Assembly (NCBI GenBank): GCA_964016885.1
Contig: OZ024740.1
Coordinates: 2,356,001-2,420,000 of the forward strand
Length of the DNA stretch: 64,000 nucleotides
From: Eledone cirrhosa
Taxonomy: Eukaryota
Direction: 5' to 3'
Notes under the pieces: model-generated
What the model saw: only the letters and a program-made list of their open reading frames with translations
The model's database searches: none
What the model was told of the DNA's origin: nothing
Shown here: piece after piece, positions 30,401-43,769 of the stretch
Position numbering within the stretch: the first letter of the stretch is position 1
Layout of the letters: the number at the start of each line of letters is the position of its first letter
Position numbers and translations under genes: made by a program

Positions 30401-33400
30401 AGCCCACACTGTAAAGTGGTCATGAAGGTGTCACAATAAAAAGTATCCAGCCCACACTATAAAGTGGTCATGTAGGTGTCACAATAAAAAGTATCCCCCC
30501 CACACTCTAAAGTGGTCATGTAGGTGTCACAATAAAAAGTATCCAGTCCACACTATAAAGTGGTCATGTAGGTGTCACAATAAAAAGTATCCAGTCCACA
30601 CTGTAAAGTGGTCATGAAGGTGTCACAATAAAATTACCCAGTCCACACTATAAAGTGGTCATGTAGGTGTCACAATAAAAAGTATCCAGTCCACACTGTA
30701 AAGTGGTCATGTAGGTGTCACAATAAAAAGTACCCAGCCCACACTGTAAAGTGGTCATGTAGGTGTCACAATAACAAGTATCCAGCCCACACTGTAAAGT
30801 GGTCATGTAGGTGTCACGATAAAAAGTATCCAGCCCACACTGTAAAATGGTCATGTAGGTGTCACAATAAAAAGTATCCAGCCCACACTGTAAAGTGGTC
30901 ATGTAGGTGTCACAATAAAAAGTACCTGGTCCTCACTATAAAGTGGTCATGTAGGTGTCACAATAAAAAGTATCCAGCCCACACTGTAAAGTGGTCATGT
31001 AGGTGTCACAATAAAAAGTACCCAGCCCACACTGTAAAGTGGTCATGTAGGTGTCACAATAAAAAGTACCTGTTCCTCACTATAAAGTGGTCATGTAGGT
31101 GTCACAATATAAAGTACCTGGTCCTCACTATAATGTGGTCATGTAGGTGTCACAATAAAAAGTATCCAGTCCACACTGTAAAGTGGTCATGTAGGTGTCA
31201 CAATAAAATGTACCCAGCTCACACTGTAAAGTGGTCATGTAGGTGTCACAATAAAAAGTACCTGGTCCTCACTATAAAGTGGTCATGTAGGTGTCACAAT
31301 AAAAAGTACCTGGTCCTCACTATAAAGTGGTCATGTAGGTGTCACAATAAAAAGTATCCAGTCCACACCGTAAAGTGGACATGTAGGTGTCCCAATAAAA
31401 AGTACCCAGCCCACACTGTAAAGTGGTCATGTAGGTGTCATAATAAAAAGTATCCAGTCCACACTGTAAAGTGGTCATGTAGGTGTCACAATAAAAAGTA
31501 TCCAGTCCACACTGTAAAGTGGTCATGTAGGTGTCACAATAAAAAGTACCCAGTCCACACTGTAAAGTGGTAATGTAGGTGTCACAATAAAAAGTACCCA
31601 GTCCTCACTATAAAGTGGTCATGAAGGTGTCCAATAAAAAGTACCAAGTCCACACTATAAAGTGGTCATGTAGGTGTCACAATAAAAAGTATCCAGTCCA
31701 CACTATAAAGTGGTCATGAAGGTGTCACAATAAAAAGTACCCAGTCCACACTGTAAATTGGTCATGTAGGTGTCACAATAAAAAGTATCCAGCCCACACT
31801 GTAAAGTGGTCATGAAGGTGTCACAATAAAAAGTATCCAGCCCACACTATAAAGTGGTCATGTAGGTGTCACAATAAAAAGTATCCAGCCCACACTATAA
31901 AGTGGTCATATAGGTGTAACAATAGAAAGTACCCAGCCCACACTATAAAGTGGTCATGTAGGTGTCACAATAAAAAGTATCCAGCCCACACTATAAAGTG
32001 GTCATGTAGGTGTCACGATAACAATTATCCAGCCCACACTGTAAAGTGGTCATGTAGGTGTCACAATAACAAGTACCCAGTCCACACTATAAAGTGGTCA
32101 TGTAGGTGTCACAATAAAAAGTATCCAGTCCACACTGTAAAGTGGTCATGTAGGTGTCACAATAAAAATATCCAGCCCACACTATAAAGTGGTCATGTAG
32201 GTGTCACAATAAAAAGTACCCAATCCACACTGTAAAGTGGTCATGTAGGTGTCACAATAAAAAGTATCCAGTCCACACTGTAAAGTGGTCATGTAGGTGT
32301 CACAATAAAAAGTACCTGGTCCTCACTATAAAGTGGTCATGTAGGTGTCACAATAAAAAGTACCTGGTCCTCACTATAAAGTGGTCATGTAGGTGTCACA
32401 ATAAAAAGTATCCAGCCCACACTATAAAGTGGTCATGTAGGTGTCACAATAAAAAGTACCCAGTCCACACTGTAAAGTGGTCATGTAGGTGTCACAATAA
32501 AAAGTATCCAGTCCACACTGTAAAGTGGTCATGTAGGTGTCACAATAAAAAGTACCCAGCCCACACTGTAAAGTGGTCATGTAGTTGTCACAATAAAAAG
32601 TACCTGGTCCTCACTATAAAGTGGTCATGTAGGTGTCACAATAAAAAGTATCCAGTCAACACCGTAAAGTGGCCATGTAGGTGTCACAATAAAAAGTACC
32701 CAGCCCACACCGTAAAGTGGCCATGTAGGTGTCACGATAAAAAGTACCCAGCCCACACTGTAAAGTGGTCATGTAGGTGTCAAAATAAAAAGTACCTGGT
32801 CCTCACTATAAAGTGGTTATGTAGGTGTCACAATAAAAAGTATCCAGCCCACACTATAAAGTGGTCATGTAGGTGTCACAATAAAAAGTACCCAGTCCAC
32901 ACTGTAAAGTGGTCATGTGGGTGTCACAATAACAAGTACCCAGTCCACACTGTAAAGTGGTAATGTAGGTGTCACAATAAAAAGTACCTGGTCCTCACTA
33001 TAAAGTGGTCATGTAGGTGTCACAATAACAAGTATCCAGCCCACACTGTAAAGTGGTCATGTAGGTGTCACAATAAAAAGTACCTAGTCCACACTGTAAA
33101 GTGGTCATGTAGGTGTCACAATAAAAAGTATCCAGCCCACACTGTAAAGTGGTCATGTAGGTGTCACAATAAAAAGTACCTGGTCCTCACTATAAAGTGG
33201 TCATGTAGGTGTCACAATAAAAAGTATCCAGCCCACACTGTAAAGTGGTCATGTAGGTGTCACAATAAAAAGTACCCAGCCCACACTGTAAAGTGGTCAT
33301 GTAGGTGTCACAATAAAAAGTATCCAGTCCACACTGTAAAGTGGTCATGTAGGTGTCACAATAAAAAGTATCCAGCCCACACTATAAAGTGGTCATATAG

Positions 33401-33789
33401 GTGTCACGATAAAAAGTACCCAGTCCACACTGTAAAGTGGTCATGTAGGTGTCACAATAAAAAGTATCCAGTCCACACTGTAAAGTGGTCATGTAGGTGT
33501 CACAATAAAAAGTACCTGGTCCTCACTATAAAGTGGTCATGTAGGTGTCACAAAAAAAAGTACCTGGTCCTCACTATAAAGTGGTCATGTAGGTGTCACA
33601 ATAAAAAGTATCCAGCCCACACTATAAAGTGGTCATGTAGGTGTCACAATAAAAAGTACCCAGTCCACACTGTAAAGTGGTCATGTAGGTGTCACGATAA
33701 AAAGTATCCAGTCCACACTGTAAAGTGGTCATGTAGGTGTCACAATAAAAAGTATCCAGTCCACACTGTAAAGTGGTCATGTAGGTGTC

Positions 33790-34265
33790 ACAATAAAAAG
33801 TACCCAGTCCTCACTATAAAGTGGTCATGAAGGTGTCACAATAAAAAGTACCCAGTCCACTCTATAAAGTGGTCATGAAGGTGACACAATAAAATTACCC
33901 AGTCCACACTGTAAAGTGGTCATGTAGGTGTCACAATAAAAAGTACCTGGTCCTCACTATAAAGTGGTCATGTTGGTGTCACAATAAAAAGTACCCAGTC
34001 CACACTGTAAAGTGGTCATGTAGGTGTCACAATAAAAAGTACCCAGTCCTCACTATAAAGTGGTCATGAAGGTGTCACAATAAAAAGTACCCAGTCCACT
34101 CTATAAAGTGGTCATGAAGGTGACACAATAAAATTACCCAGTCCACACTGTAAAGTGGTCATGTAGGTGTCACAATAAAAAGTACCTGGTCCTCACTATA
34201 AAGTGGTCATGTAGGTGTCACAATAAAAAGTACCCAGTCCACACTGTAAAGTGGTCATGTAGGTG
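33790..34265. repeat. Local 239-bp (5 monomer) tandem duplication; the same doublet recurs at ~43100-43530
   Basis: GTGACACAATAAAATTA occurs at 33881 and 34120, and at 43142 and 43381. Both offsets are 239 = 5x48-1. Confidence 0.85.
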
Positions 34266-36596
34266 TCACAATAAACATTTTTCAGTCCACACGGTAAAGT
34301 GATCATGTAGGTGTCACAATAAAAAGTATCCAGTCCTCACTGTAAAGTAGTCATGTAGGTGTCACAATAAAAAGTACCTGGTCCACACTATAAAGTGGTC
34401 ATGTAGGTGTCACAATAAAAAGTATCCAGTCCACACTATAAAGTGGTCATGAAGGTGTCACAATAAAAAGTACCCAGTCCACACTATAAAGTGGTCATGT
34501 AGGTGTCACAATAACAAGTACCCAGTCCACACTGTAAAGTGGTCATGTAGGTGTCACAATAAAAAGTACTCAGCCCACACTGTAAAGTGGTCTTGTAGGT
34601 GTCACAATAACAAGTACCCAGTCCACACTGTAAAGTGGTCATGTAGGTGTCACAATAACAAGTACCCAGTCCACACTGTAAAGTGGTCATGTAGGTGTCA
34701 CAATAAAAAGTACCCAGCCCACACTATAAAGTGGTCATGTAGGTGTCACATTAAAAAGTATCCAGTCCACACTGTAAAGTGATCATGTAGGTGTCACAAT
34801 AAAAAGTATCCAGCCCACACTATAAAGTGGTCATGTAGGTGTCACAATAAAAAGTACCCAGTCCACACTGTAAAGTGGTCATGTAGGTGTCACAATAAAA
34901 AGTATCCAGTCCACACTGTAAAGTGGTCATGTAGGTGTCACAATAAAAAGTACCTGGTCCTCACTATAAAGTGGTCATGTAGGTGTCACAAAAAAAAGTA
35001 CCTGGTCCTCACTATAAAGTGGTCATGTAGGTGTCACAATAAAAAGTATCCAGCCCACACCATAAAGTGGTCATGTAGGTGTCACAATAAAAAGTACCCA
35101 GTCCACACTGTAAAGTGGTCATGTAGGTGTCACAATAACAAGTACCCAGTCCACACTGTAAAGTGGTCATGTAGGTGTCACAATAAAAAGTACCCAGCCC
35201 ATACTGTAAAGTGGTCATGTAGGTGTCACAATAACAAGTACCCAGTCCACACTGTAAAGTGGTCATGTAGGTGTCACAATAGCAAGTACCCAGTCCACAC
35301 TGTAAAGTGGTCATGTAGGTGTCACAATAAAAAGTACCCAGCCCACACTATAAAGTGGTCATGTAGGTGTCACAATAACAAGTACCCAGCCCACACTATA
35401 AAGTGGTCATGTAGGTGTCACAATAACAAGTACCCAGTCCACACTGTAAAGTGGTCATGTAGGTGTCACAATAAAAAGTATCCAGCCCACACTGTAAAGT
35501 GGTCATGAAGGTGTCACAATAAAAAGTATCCAGCTCACACTATAAAGTGGTCATGTAGGTGTCACAATAAAAAGTATCCAGCCCACAATATAAAGTGGAC
35601 ATGTAGGTGTCACAATAAAAAGTACCCAGCCCACACTATAAAGTGGACATGTAGGTGTCACAATAAAAAGTATCCAGCCCACACTATAAAGTGGTTATGT
35701 AGGTGTCACAATAACAAGTATCCAGCCCACACTGTAAAGTGGTCATGTAGGTGTCACAATAAAAAGTACCTGGTCCTCACTATAAAGTGGTCATGTAGGT
35801 GTCACAATAAAAAGTATCCAGCCCACACTGTAAAGTGGTCATGTAGGTGTCACAATAAAAAGTATCCAGCCCACACTGTAAAGTGGTCATGTAGGTGACA
35901 CAATAAAAATTATCCAGCCCACACTGTAAAGTGGTCATGTAGGTGTCACAATAAAAAGTATCCAGCCCACACTGTAAAGTGGTCATGTAGGTGTCACAAT
36001 AAAAAGTACCTGGTCCTCACTATAAAGTGGTCATGTAGGTGTCACAATAAAAAGTATCCAGCCCACACTGTAAAGTGGTCATGTAGGTGTCACAATAAAA
36101 AGTACCCAGCCCACACTGTAAAGTGGTCATGTAGGTGTCACAATAAAAAGTACTTGGTCCTCACTATAAAGTGGTCATGTAGGTGTCACAATAAAAAGTA
36201 CCTGGTCCTCACTATAAACTGGTCATGTAGGTGTCACAATAAAAAGTATCCAGCCCACACTATAAAGTGGTCATGTTGGTGTCACAATAAAAAGTACACA
36301 GTCCACACTGTAAAGTGGTCATGTAGGTGTCACAATAAAAACTATCCAGTCCACACTGTAAAGTGGTCATGTAGGTGTCACAATAAAAAGTACCCAGCCC
36401 ACACTGTATAGTGGTCATGTAGGTGTCACGATAAAAAGTACCTGGTCCTCACTATAAAGTGGTCATGTAGGTGTCACAATAAAAAGTACCTGGTCCTCAC
36501 TATAAAGTGGTCATGTAGGTGTCACAATAAAAAGTATATATTCCACACTGTAAAGTGGTCATGTAGGTGTCACAATAAAAAGTACCCAGCCCACCC

Positions 36597-39500
36597 TGTA
36601 AAGTGGTCATGTAGGTGTCACAATAAAAAGTACCTGGTCCTCACTATAAAGTGGTTATGTAGGTGTCACAATAAAAAGTACCTGGTCCTCACTATAAAGT
36701 GGTCATGTAGGTGTCACAATAAAATGTATCCAGCCCACACTATAAAGTGGTTATGTAGGTGTCACAATAAAAAGTACCCAGTCCACACTGTAAAGTGGTC
36801 ATGTAGGTGTCACAATATAAAGTATCCAGTCCACACTGTAAAGTGGTCATGTAGGTGTCACAATAAAAAGTACCCAGTCAACACTGTAAAGTGGTCATGT
36901 AGGTGTCACAATAACAAGTATCCAGTCCACACGGTAAAGTGATCATGTAGGTGTCACAATAAAAAGTATCCAGTCCACACTATAAAGTGGTCATGAAGGT
37001 GTCACAATAAAAAGTACCCAGTCCACACTATAAAGTGGTCATGTAGGTGTCACAATAAAAAGTATCCAGTCCACACTGTAAAGTGGTCATGTAGGTGTCA
37101 CAATAAAAAGTATCCAGCCCACACTATAAAGTGGTCATGTAGGTGTCACAATAAAAAGTACCCAGTCCACACTGTAAAGTGGTCATGTAGGTGTCACAAT
37201 AAAAAGTATCCAGTCCACACTGTAAAGTGGTCATGTAGGTGTCACAATAAAAAGTACCTGGTCCTCACTATAAAGTGGTCATGTAGGTGTCACAATAAAA
37301 AGTATCCAGTCCACACTATAAAGTGGTCATGAAGGTTCACAATAAAAAGTACCCAGTCCACACTATAAAGTGGTCATGTAGGTGTCACAATAAAAAATAT
37401 CCAGCCCACACTATAAAGTGGTCATGTAGGTGTCACAATAAAAAGTACCCAGTCCACACTGTAAAGTGTGGTCATGTAGGTGTCACAATAACAAGTATCC
37501 AGTCCACACTGTAAAGCGGTCATGTAGGTGTCACAATAAAAAGTACCCAGCCCACACTATAAAGTGGTCATGTAGGTGTCACAATAACAAGTACCCAGCC
37601 CACACTATAAAGTGGTCATGTAGGTGTGACAATAACAAGTACCCAGTCCACACTGTAAAGTGGTCATGTAGGTGTCACAATAAAACGTACCCAAGCCACA
37701 CTATAAAGTGGTCATGTAGGTGTCATAATAAAAAGTATCCAGCCCATACTGTAAAGTGGTCATGAAGGTGTCACAATAAAAAGTATCCAGCCCACACTAT
37801 AAAGTGGTCATGTAGGTGTCACAATAAAAAGTATCCAGCCCACACTATAAAGTGGTCATGTAGGTGTCACAATAAAAAGTATCCAGCCCACACTATAAAG
37901 TGGTCATGTAGGTGTCACAATAAAAAGTACCCAGCCCACACTATAAAGTGGACATGTAGGTGTCACAATAAAAAGTATCCAGCGCACACTATAAAGTGGT
38001 CATGTAGGTGTCACAATAACAAGTATCCAGCCCACACTATAAAGTGGTCATGTAGGTGTCACAATAAAAAGTACCCAGTCCACACTGTAAAGTGGTCATG
38101 TAGGTGTCACAATAAAAAGTATCCAGTCCACACTGTAAAGTGGTCATGTAGGTGTCACAATAAAAAGTACCTGGTCCTCACTATAAAGTGGTCATGTAGG
38201 TGTCACAATAAAAAGTACCTGGTCCTCACTATAAAGTGGTCATGTAGGTGTCACAATAAAAAGTATCCAGCCCACACTATAAAGTGGTCATGTAGGTGTC
38301 ACAATAAAAAGTACCCAGTCCACACTGTAAAGTGGTCATGTAGGTGTCACGATAAAAAGTATCCAATCCACACTGTAAAGTGGTCATGTAGGTGTCACAA
38401 TAAAAAGTATCCAGTCCACACTGTAAAGTGGTCATGTAGGTGTCACAATAAAAAGTACCCAGTCCACACTGTAAAGTGGTCATGTAGGTGTCACAATAAA
38501 AAGTACCCAGTCCTCACTATAAAGTGGTCATGAAGGTGTCACAATAAAAAGTACCCAGTCCACTCTATAAAGTGGTCATGAAGGTGACACAATAAAATTA
38601 CCCAGTCCACACTGTAAAGTGGTCATGTAGGTGTCACAATAAAAAGTACCTGGTCCTCACTATCAAGTGGTCATGTAGGTGTCACAATAAAAAGTACCCA
38701 GTCCACACTGTAAAGTGGTCATGTAGGTGTCACAATAAAAAATTTTCAGTCCACACGGTAAAGTGATCATGTAGGTGTCACAATAAAAAGTATCCAGTCC
38801 TCACTGTAAAGTAGTCATGTAGGTGTCACAATAAAAAGTACCTGGTCCACACTATAAAGTGGTCATGTAGGTGTCACAATAAAAAGTATCCAGTCCACAC
38901 TATAAAGTGGTCATGAAGGTGTCACAATAAAAAGTACCCAGTCCACACTATAAAGTGGTCATGTAGGTGTCACAATAACAAGTACCCAGTCCACACTGTA
39001 AAGTGGTCATGTAGGTGTCACAATAAAAAGTACCCAGCCCACACTGTAAAGTGGTCATGTAGGTGTCACAATAACAAGTACCCAGTCCACACTGTAAAGT
39101 GGTCATGTAGGTGTCACAATAACAAGTACCCAGTCCACACTGTAAAGTGGTCATGTAGGTGTCACAATAAAAAGTACCCAGCCCACACTATAAAGTGGTC
39201 ATGTAGGTGTCACAATAAAAAGTATCCAGTCCACACTGTAAAGTGGTCATGTAGGTGTCACAATAAAAAGTATCCAGCCCACACTATAAAGTGGTCATGT
39301 AGGTGTCACAATAAAAAGTACCCAGTCCACACTGTAAAGTGGTCATGTAGGTGTCACAATAAAAAGTATCCAGTCCACACTGTAAAGTGGTCATGTAGGT
39401 GTCACAATAAAAAGTACCTGGTCCTCACTATAAAGTGGTCATGTAGGTGTCACAAAAAAAAGTACCTGGTCCTCACTATAAAGTGGTCATGTAGGTGTCA

Positions 39501-42500
39501 CAATAAAAAGTATCCAGCCCACACTATAAAGTCATCATGTAGGTGTCACAATAAAAAGTACCCAGTCCACACTGTAAAGTGGTCATGTAGGTGTCACAAT
39601 AAAAAGTACCTGGTCCTCACTATAAAGTGGTTATGTAGGTGTCACAATAAAAAGTACCTGGTCCTCACTATAAAGTGGTCATGTAGGTGTCACAATAAAA
39701 TGTATCCAGCCCACACTATAAAGTGGTTATGTAGGTGTCACAATAAAAAGTACCCAGTCCACACTGTAAAGTGGTCATGTAGGTGTCACAATATAAAGTA
39801 TCCAGTCCACACTGTAAAGTGGTCATGTAGGTGTCACAATAAAAAGTACCCAGTCAACACTGTAAAGTGGTCATGTAGGTGTCACAATAACAAGTATCCA
39901 GTCCACACGGTAAAGTGATCATGTAGGTGTCACAATAAAAAGTATCCAGTCCACACTATAAAGTGGTCATGAAGGTGTCACAATAAAAAGTACCCAGTCC
40001 ACACTATAAAGTGGTCATGTAGGTGTCACAATAAAAAGTATCCAGTCCACACTGTAAAGTGGTCATGTAGGTGTCACAATAAAAAGTATCCAGCCCACAC
40101 TATAAAGTGGTCATGTAGGTGTCACAATAAAAAGTACCCAGTCCACACTGTAAAGTGGTCATATAGGTGTCACAATAAAAAGTATCCAGTCCACACTGTA
40201 AAGTGGTCATGTAGGTGTCACAATAAAAAGTACCTGGTCCTCACTATAAAGTGGTCATGTAGGTGTCACAATAAAAAGTATCCAGTCCACACTATAAAGT
40301 GGTCATGAAGGTTCACAATAAAAAGTACCCAGTCCACACTATAAAGTGGTCATGTAGGTGTCACAATAAAAAATATCCAGCCCACACTATAAAGTGGTCA
40401 TGTAGGTGTCACAATAAAAAGTACCCAGTCCACACTGTAAAGTGTGGTCATGTAGGTGTCACAATAACAAGTATCCAGTCCACACTGTAAAGCGGTCATG
40501 TAGGTGTCACAATAAAAAGTACCCAGCCCACACTATAAAGTGGTCATGTAGGTGTCACAATAACAAGTACCCAGCCCACACTATAAAGTGGTCATGTAGG
40601 TGTGACAATAACAAGTACCCAGTCCACACTGTAAAGTGGTCATGTAGGTGTCACAATAAAAAGTACCCAAGCCACACTATAAAGTGGTCATGTAGGTGTC
40701 ATAATAAAAAGTATCCAGCCCATACTGTAAAGTGGTCATGAAGGTGTCACAATAAAAAGTATCCAGCCCACACTAGAAAGTGGTCATGTAGGTGTCACAA
40801 TAAAAAGTATCCAGCCCACACTATAAAGTGGTCATGTAGGTGTCACAATAAAAAGTATCCAGCCCACACTATAAAGTGGTCATGTAGGTGTCACAATAAA
40901 AAGTACCCAGCCCACACTATAAAGTGGACATGTAGGTGTCACAATAAAAAGTATCCAGCGCACACTATAAAGTGGTCATGTAGGTGTCACAATAACAAGT
41001 ATCCAGCCCACACTATAAAGTGGTCATGTAGGTGTCACAATAAAAAGTACCCAGTCCACACTGTAAAGTGGTCATGTAGGTGTCACAATAAAAAGTATCC
41101 AGTCCACACTGTAAAGTGGTCATGTAGGTGTCACAATAAAAAGTACCTGGTCCTCACTATAAAGTGGTCATGTAGGTGTCACAATAAAAAGTACCTGGTC
41201 CTCACTATAAAGTGGTCATGTAGGTGTCACAATAAAAAGTATCCAGCCCACACTATAAAGTGGTCATGTAGGTGTCACAATAAAAAGTACCCAGTCCACA
41301 CTGTAAAGTGGTCATGTAGGTGTCACGATAAAAAGTATCCAATCCACACTGTAAAGTGGTCATGTAGGTGTCACAATAAAAAGTATCCAGTCCACACTGT
41401 AAAGTGGTCATGTAGGTGTCACAATAAAAAGTACCCAGTCCACACTGTAAAGTGGTCATGTAGGTGTCACAATAAAAAGTACCCAGTCCTCACTATAAAG
41501 TGGTCATGAAGGTGTCACAATAAAAAGTACCCAGTCCACTCTATAAAGTGGTCATGAAGGTGACACAATAAAATTACCCAGTCCACACTGTAAAGTGGTC
41601 ATGTAGGTGTCACAATAAAAAGTACCTGGTCCTCACTATCAAGTGGTCATGTAGGTGTCACAATAAAAAGTACCCAGTCCACACTGTAAAGTGGTCATGT
41701 AGGTGTCACAATAAAAATTTTTCAGTCCACACGGTAAAGTGATCATGTAGGTGTCACAATAAAAAGTATCCAGTCCTCACTGTAAAGTAGTCATGTAGGT
41801 GTCACAATAAAAAGTACCTGGTCCACACTATAAAGTGGTCATGTAGGTGTCACAATAAAAAGTATCCAGTCCACACTATAAAGTGGTCATGAAGGTGTCA
41901 CAATAAAAAGTACCCAGTCCACACTATAAAGTGGTCATGTAGGTGTCACAATAACAAGTACCCAGTCCACACTGTAAAGTGGTCATGTAGGTGTCACAAT
42001 AAAAAGTACCCAGCCCACACTGTAAAGTGGTCATGTAGGTGTCACAATAACAAGTACCCAGTCCACACTGTAAAGTGGTCATGTAGGTGTCACAATAACA
42101 AGTACCCAGTCCACACTGTAAAGTGGTCATGTAGGTGTCACAATAAAAAGTACCCAGCCCACACTATAATGTGGTCATGTAGGTGTCACAATAAAAAGTA
42201 TCCAGTCCACACTGTAAAGTGGTCATGTAGGTGTCACAATAAAAAGTATCCAGCCCACACTATAAAGTGGTCATGTAGGTGTCACAATAAAAAGTACCCA
42301 GTCCACACTGTAAAGTGGTCATGTAGGTGTCACAATAAAAAGTATCCAGTCAACACTGTAAAGTGGTCATGTAGGTGTCACAATAAAAAGTACCTGGTCC
42401 TCACTATAAAGTGGTCATGTAGGTGTCACAAAAAAAAGTACCTGGTCCTCACTATAAAGTGGTCATGTAGGTGTCACAATAAAAAGTATCCAGCCCACAC

Positions 42501-42573
42501 TATAAAGTCATCATGTAGGTGTCACAATAAAAAGTACCCAGTCCACACTGTAAAGTGGTCATGTAGGTGTCAC
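36597..42573. repeat. Two tandem copies of a 2976-bp (62-monomer) higher-order unit
   Basis: ORF pairs are offset by 2976 (36724/39700, 37323/40299, 37466/40442, 38277/41253, 38948/41924). Shared rare variants include AGCGCACAC, TATCAAG and AAGTCATCATG. Confidence 0.95.
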
Positions 42574-43769
42574 GATAAAAAGTATCCAGTCCACACTGTA
42601 AAGTGGTCATGTAGGTGTCACAATAAAAAGTATCCAGTCCACACTGTAAAGTGGTCATGTAGGTGTTACAATAAAAAGTACCCAGTCCACACTGTAAAGT
42701 GGTCATGTAGGTGTCACAATAAAAAGTACCCAGTCCTCACTATAAAGTGGTCATGAAGGTGTCACAATAAAAAGTACCCAGTCCACACTATAAAGTGGTC
42801 ATGAAGGTGACACAATAAAATTACCCAGTCCATACTGTAAAGTGGTCATGTAGGTGTCACAATAAAAAGTACATGGTCCTCACTATAAAGTGGTCATGTA
42901 GGTGTCACAATAAAAAGTACCCAGTCCACACTGTAAAGTGGTCATGTAGGTGTCACAATAACAATTTTTCAGTCCACACGGTAAAGTGATCATGTAGGTG
43001 TCACAATAACAAGTATCCAGCCCACACTGTAAAGTGGTCATGTAGGTGTCACAATAAAAAGTACCTGGTCCTCACTATAAAGTGGTCATGTAGGTCTCAC
43101 AATAAAAAGTACCCAGTCCACTCTATAAAGTGGTCATGAAGGTGACACAATAAAATTACCCAGTCCACACTGTAAAGTGGTCATGTAGGTGTCACAATAA
43201 AAAGTACCTGGTCCTCACTATAAAGTGGTCATGTAGGTGTCACAATAAAAAGTACCCAGTCCACACTGTAAAGTGGTCATGTAGGTGTCACAATAAAAAG
43301 TACCCAGTCCTCACTATAAAGTGGTCATGAAGGTGTCACAATAAAAAGTACCCAGTCCACTCTATAAAGTGGTCATGAAGGTGACACAATAAAATTAACC
43401 AGTCCACACTGTAAAGTGGTCATGTAGGTGTCACAATAAAAAGTACCTGGTCCTCACTATAAAGTGGTCATGTAGGTGTCACAATAAAAAGTATCCAGTC
43501 CACACTGTAAAGTGGTCATGTAGGTGTCACAATAAAAATTTTTCAGTCCACACGGTAAAGTGATCATGTAGGTGTCACAATAAAAAGTATCCAGTCCTCA
43601 CTGTAAAGTAGTCATGTAGGTGTCACAATAAAAAGTACCTGGTCCACACTATAAAGTGGTCATGTAGGTGTCACAATAAAAATTATCCAGTCCACACTAT
43701 AAAGTGGTCATGAAGGTGTCACAATAAAAAGTACCCAGTCCACACTATAAAGTGGTCATGTAGGTGTCA

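Larger units (their letters stand above)
1..33100. repeat. Left satellite sub-domain (variant family A)
   Basis: Variants seen only here: 47-bp monomer GAAGGTGTCCAATAAAAAGTACCAAG (~3091, 3713, 8127, 11149, 13979, 16473, 19446, 22276, 24962, 31630), GTGGCCATG, GATAACAATTATCC, GTGGTAATG, TAAGCTGGTC. Confidence 0.85.
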
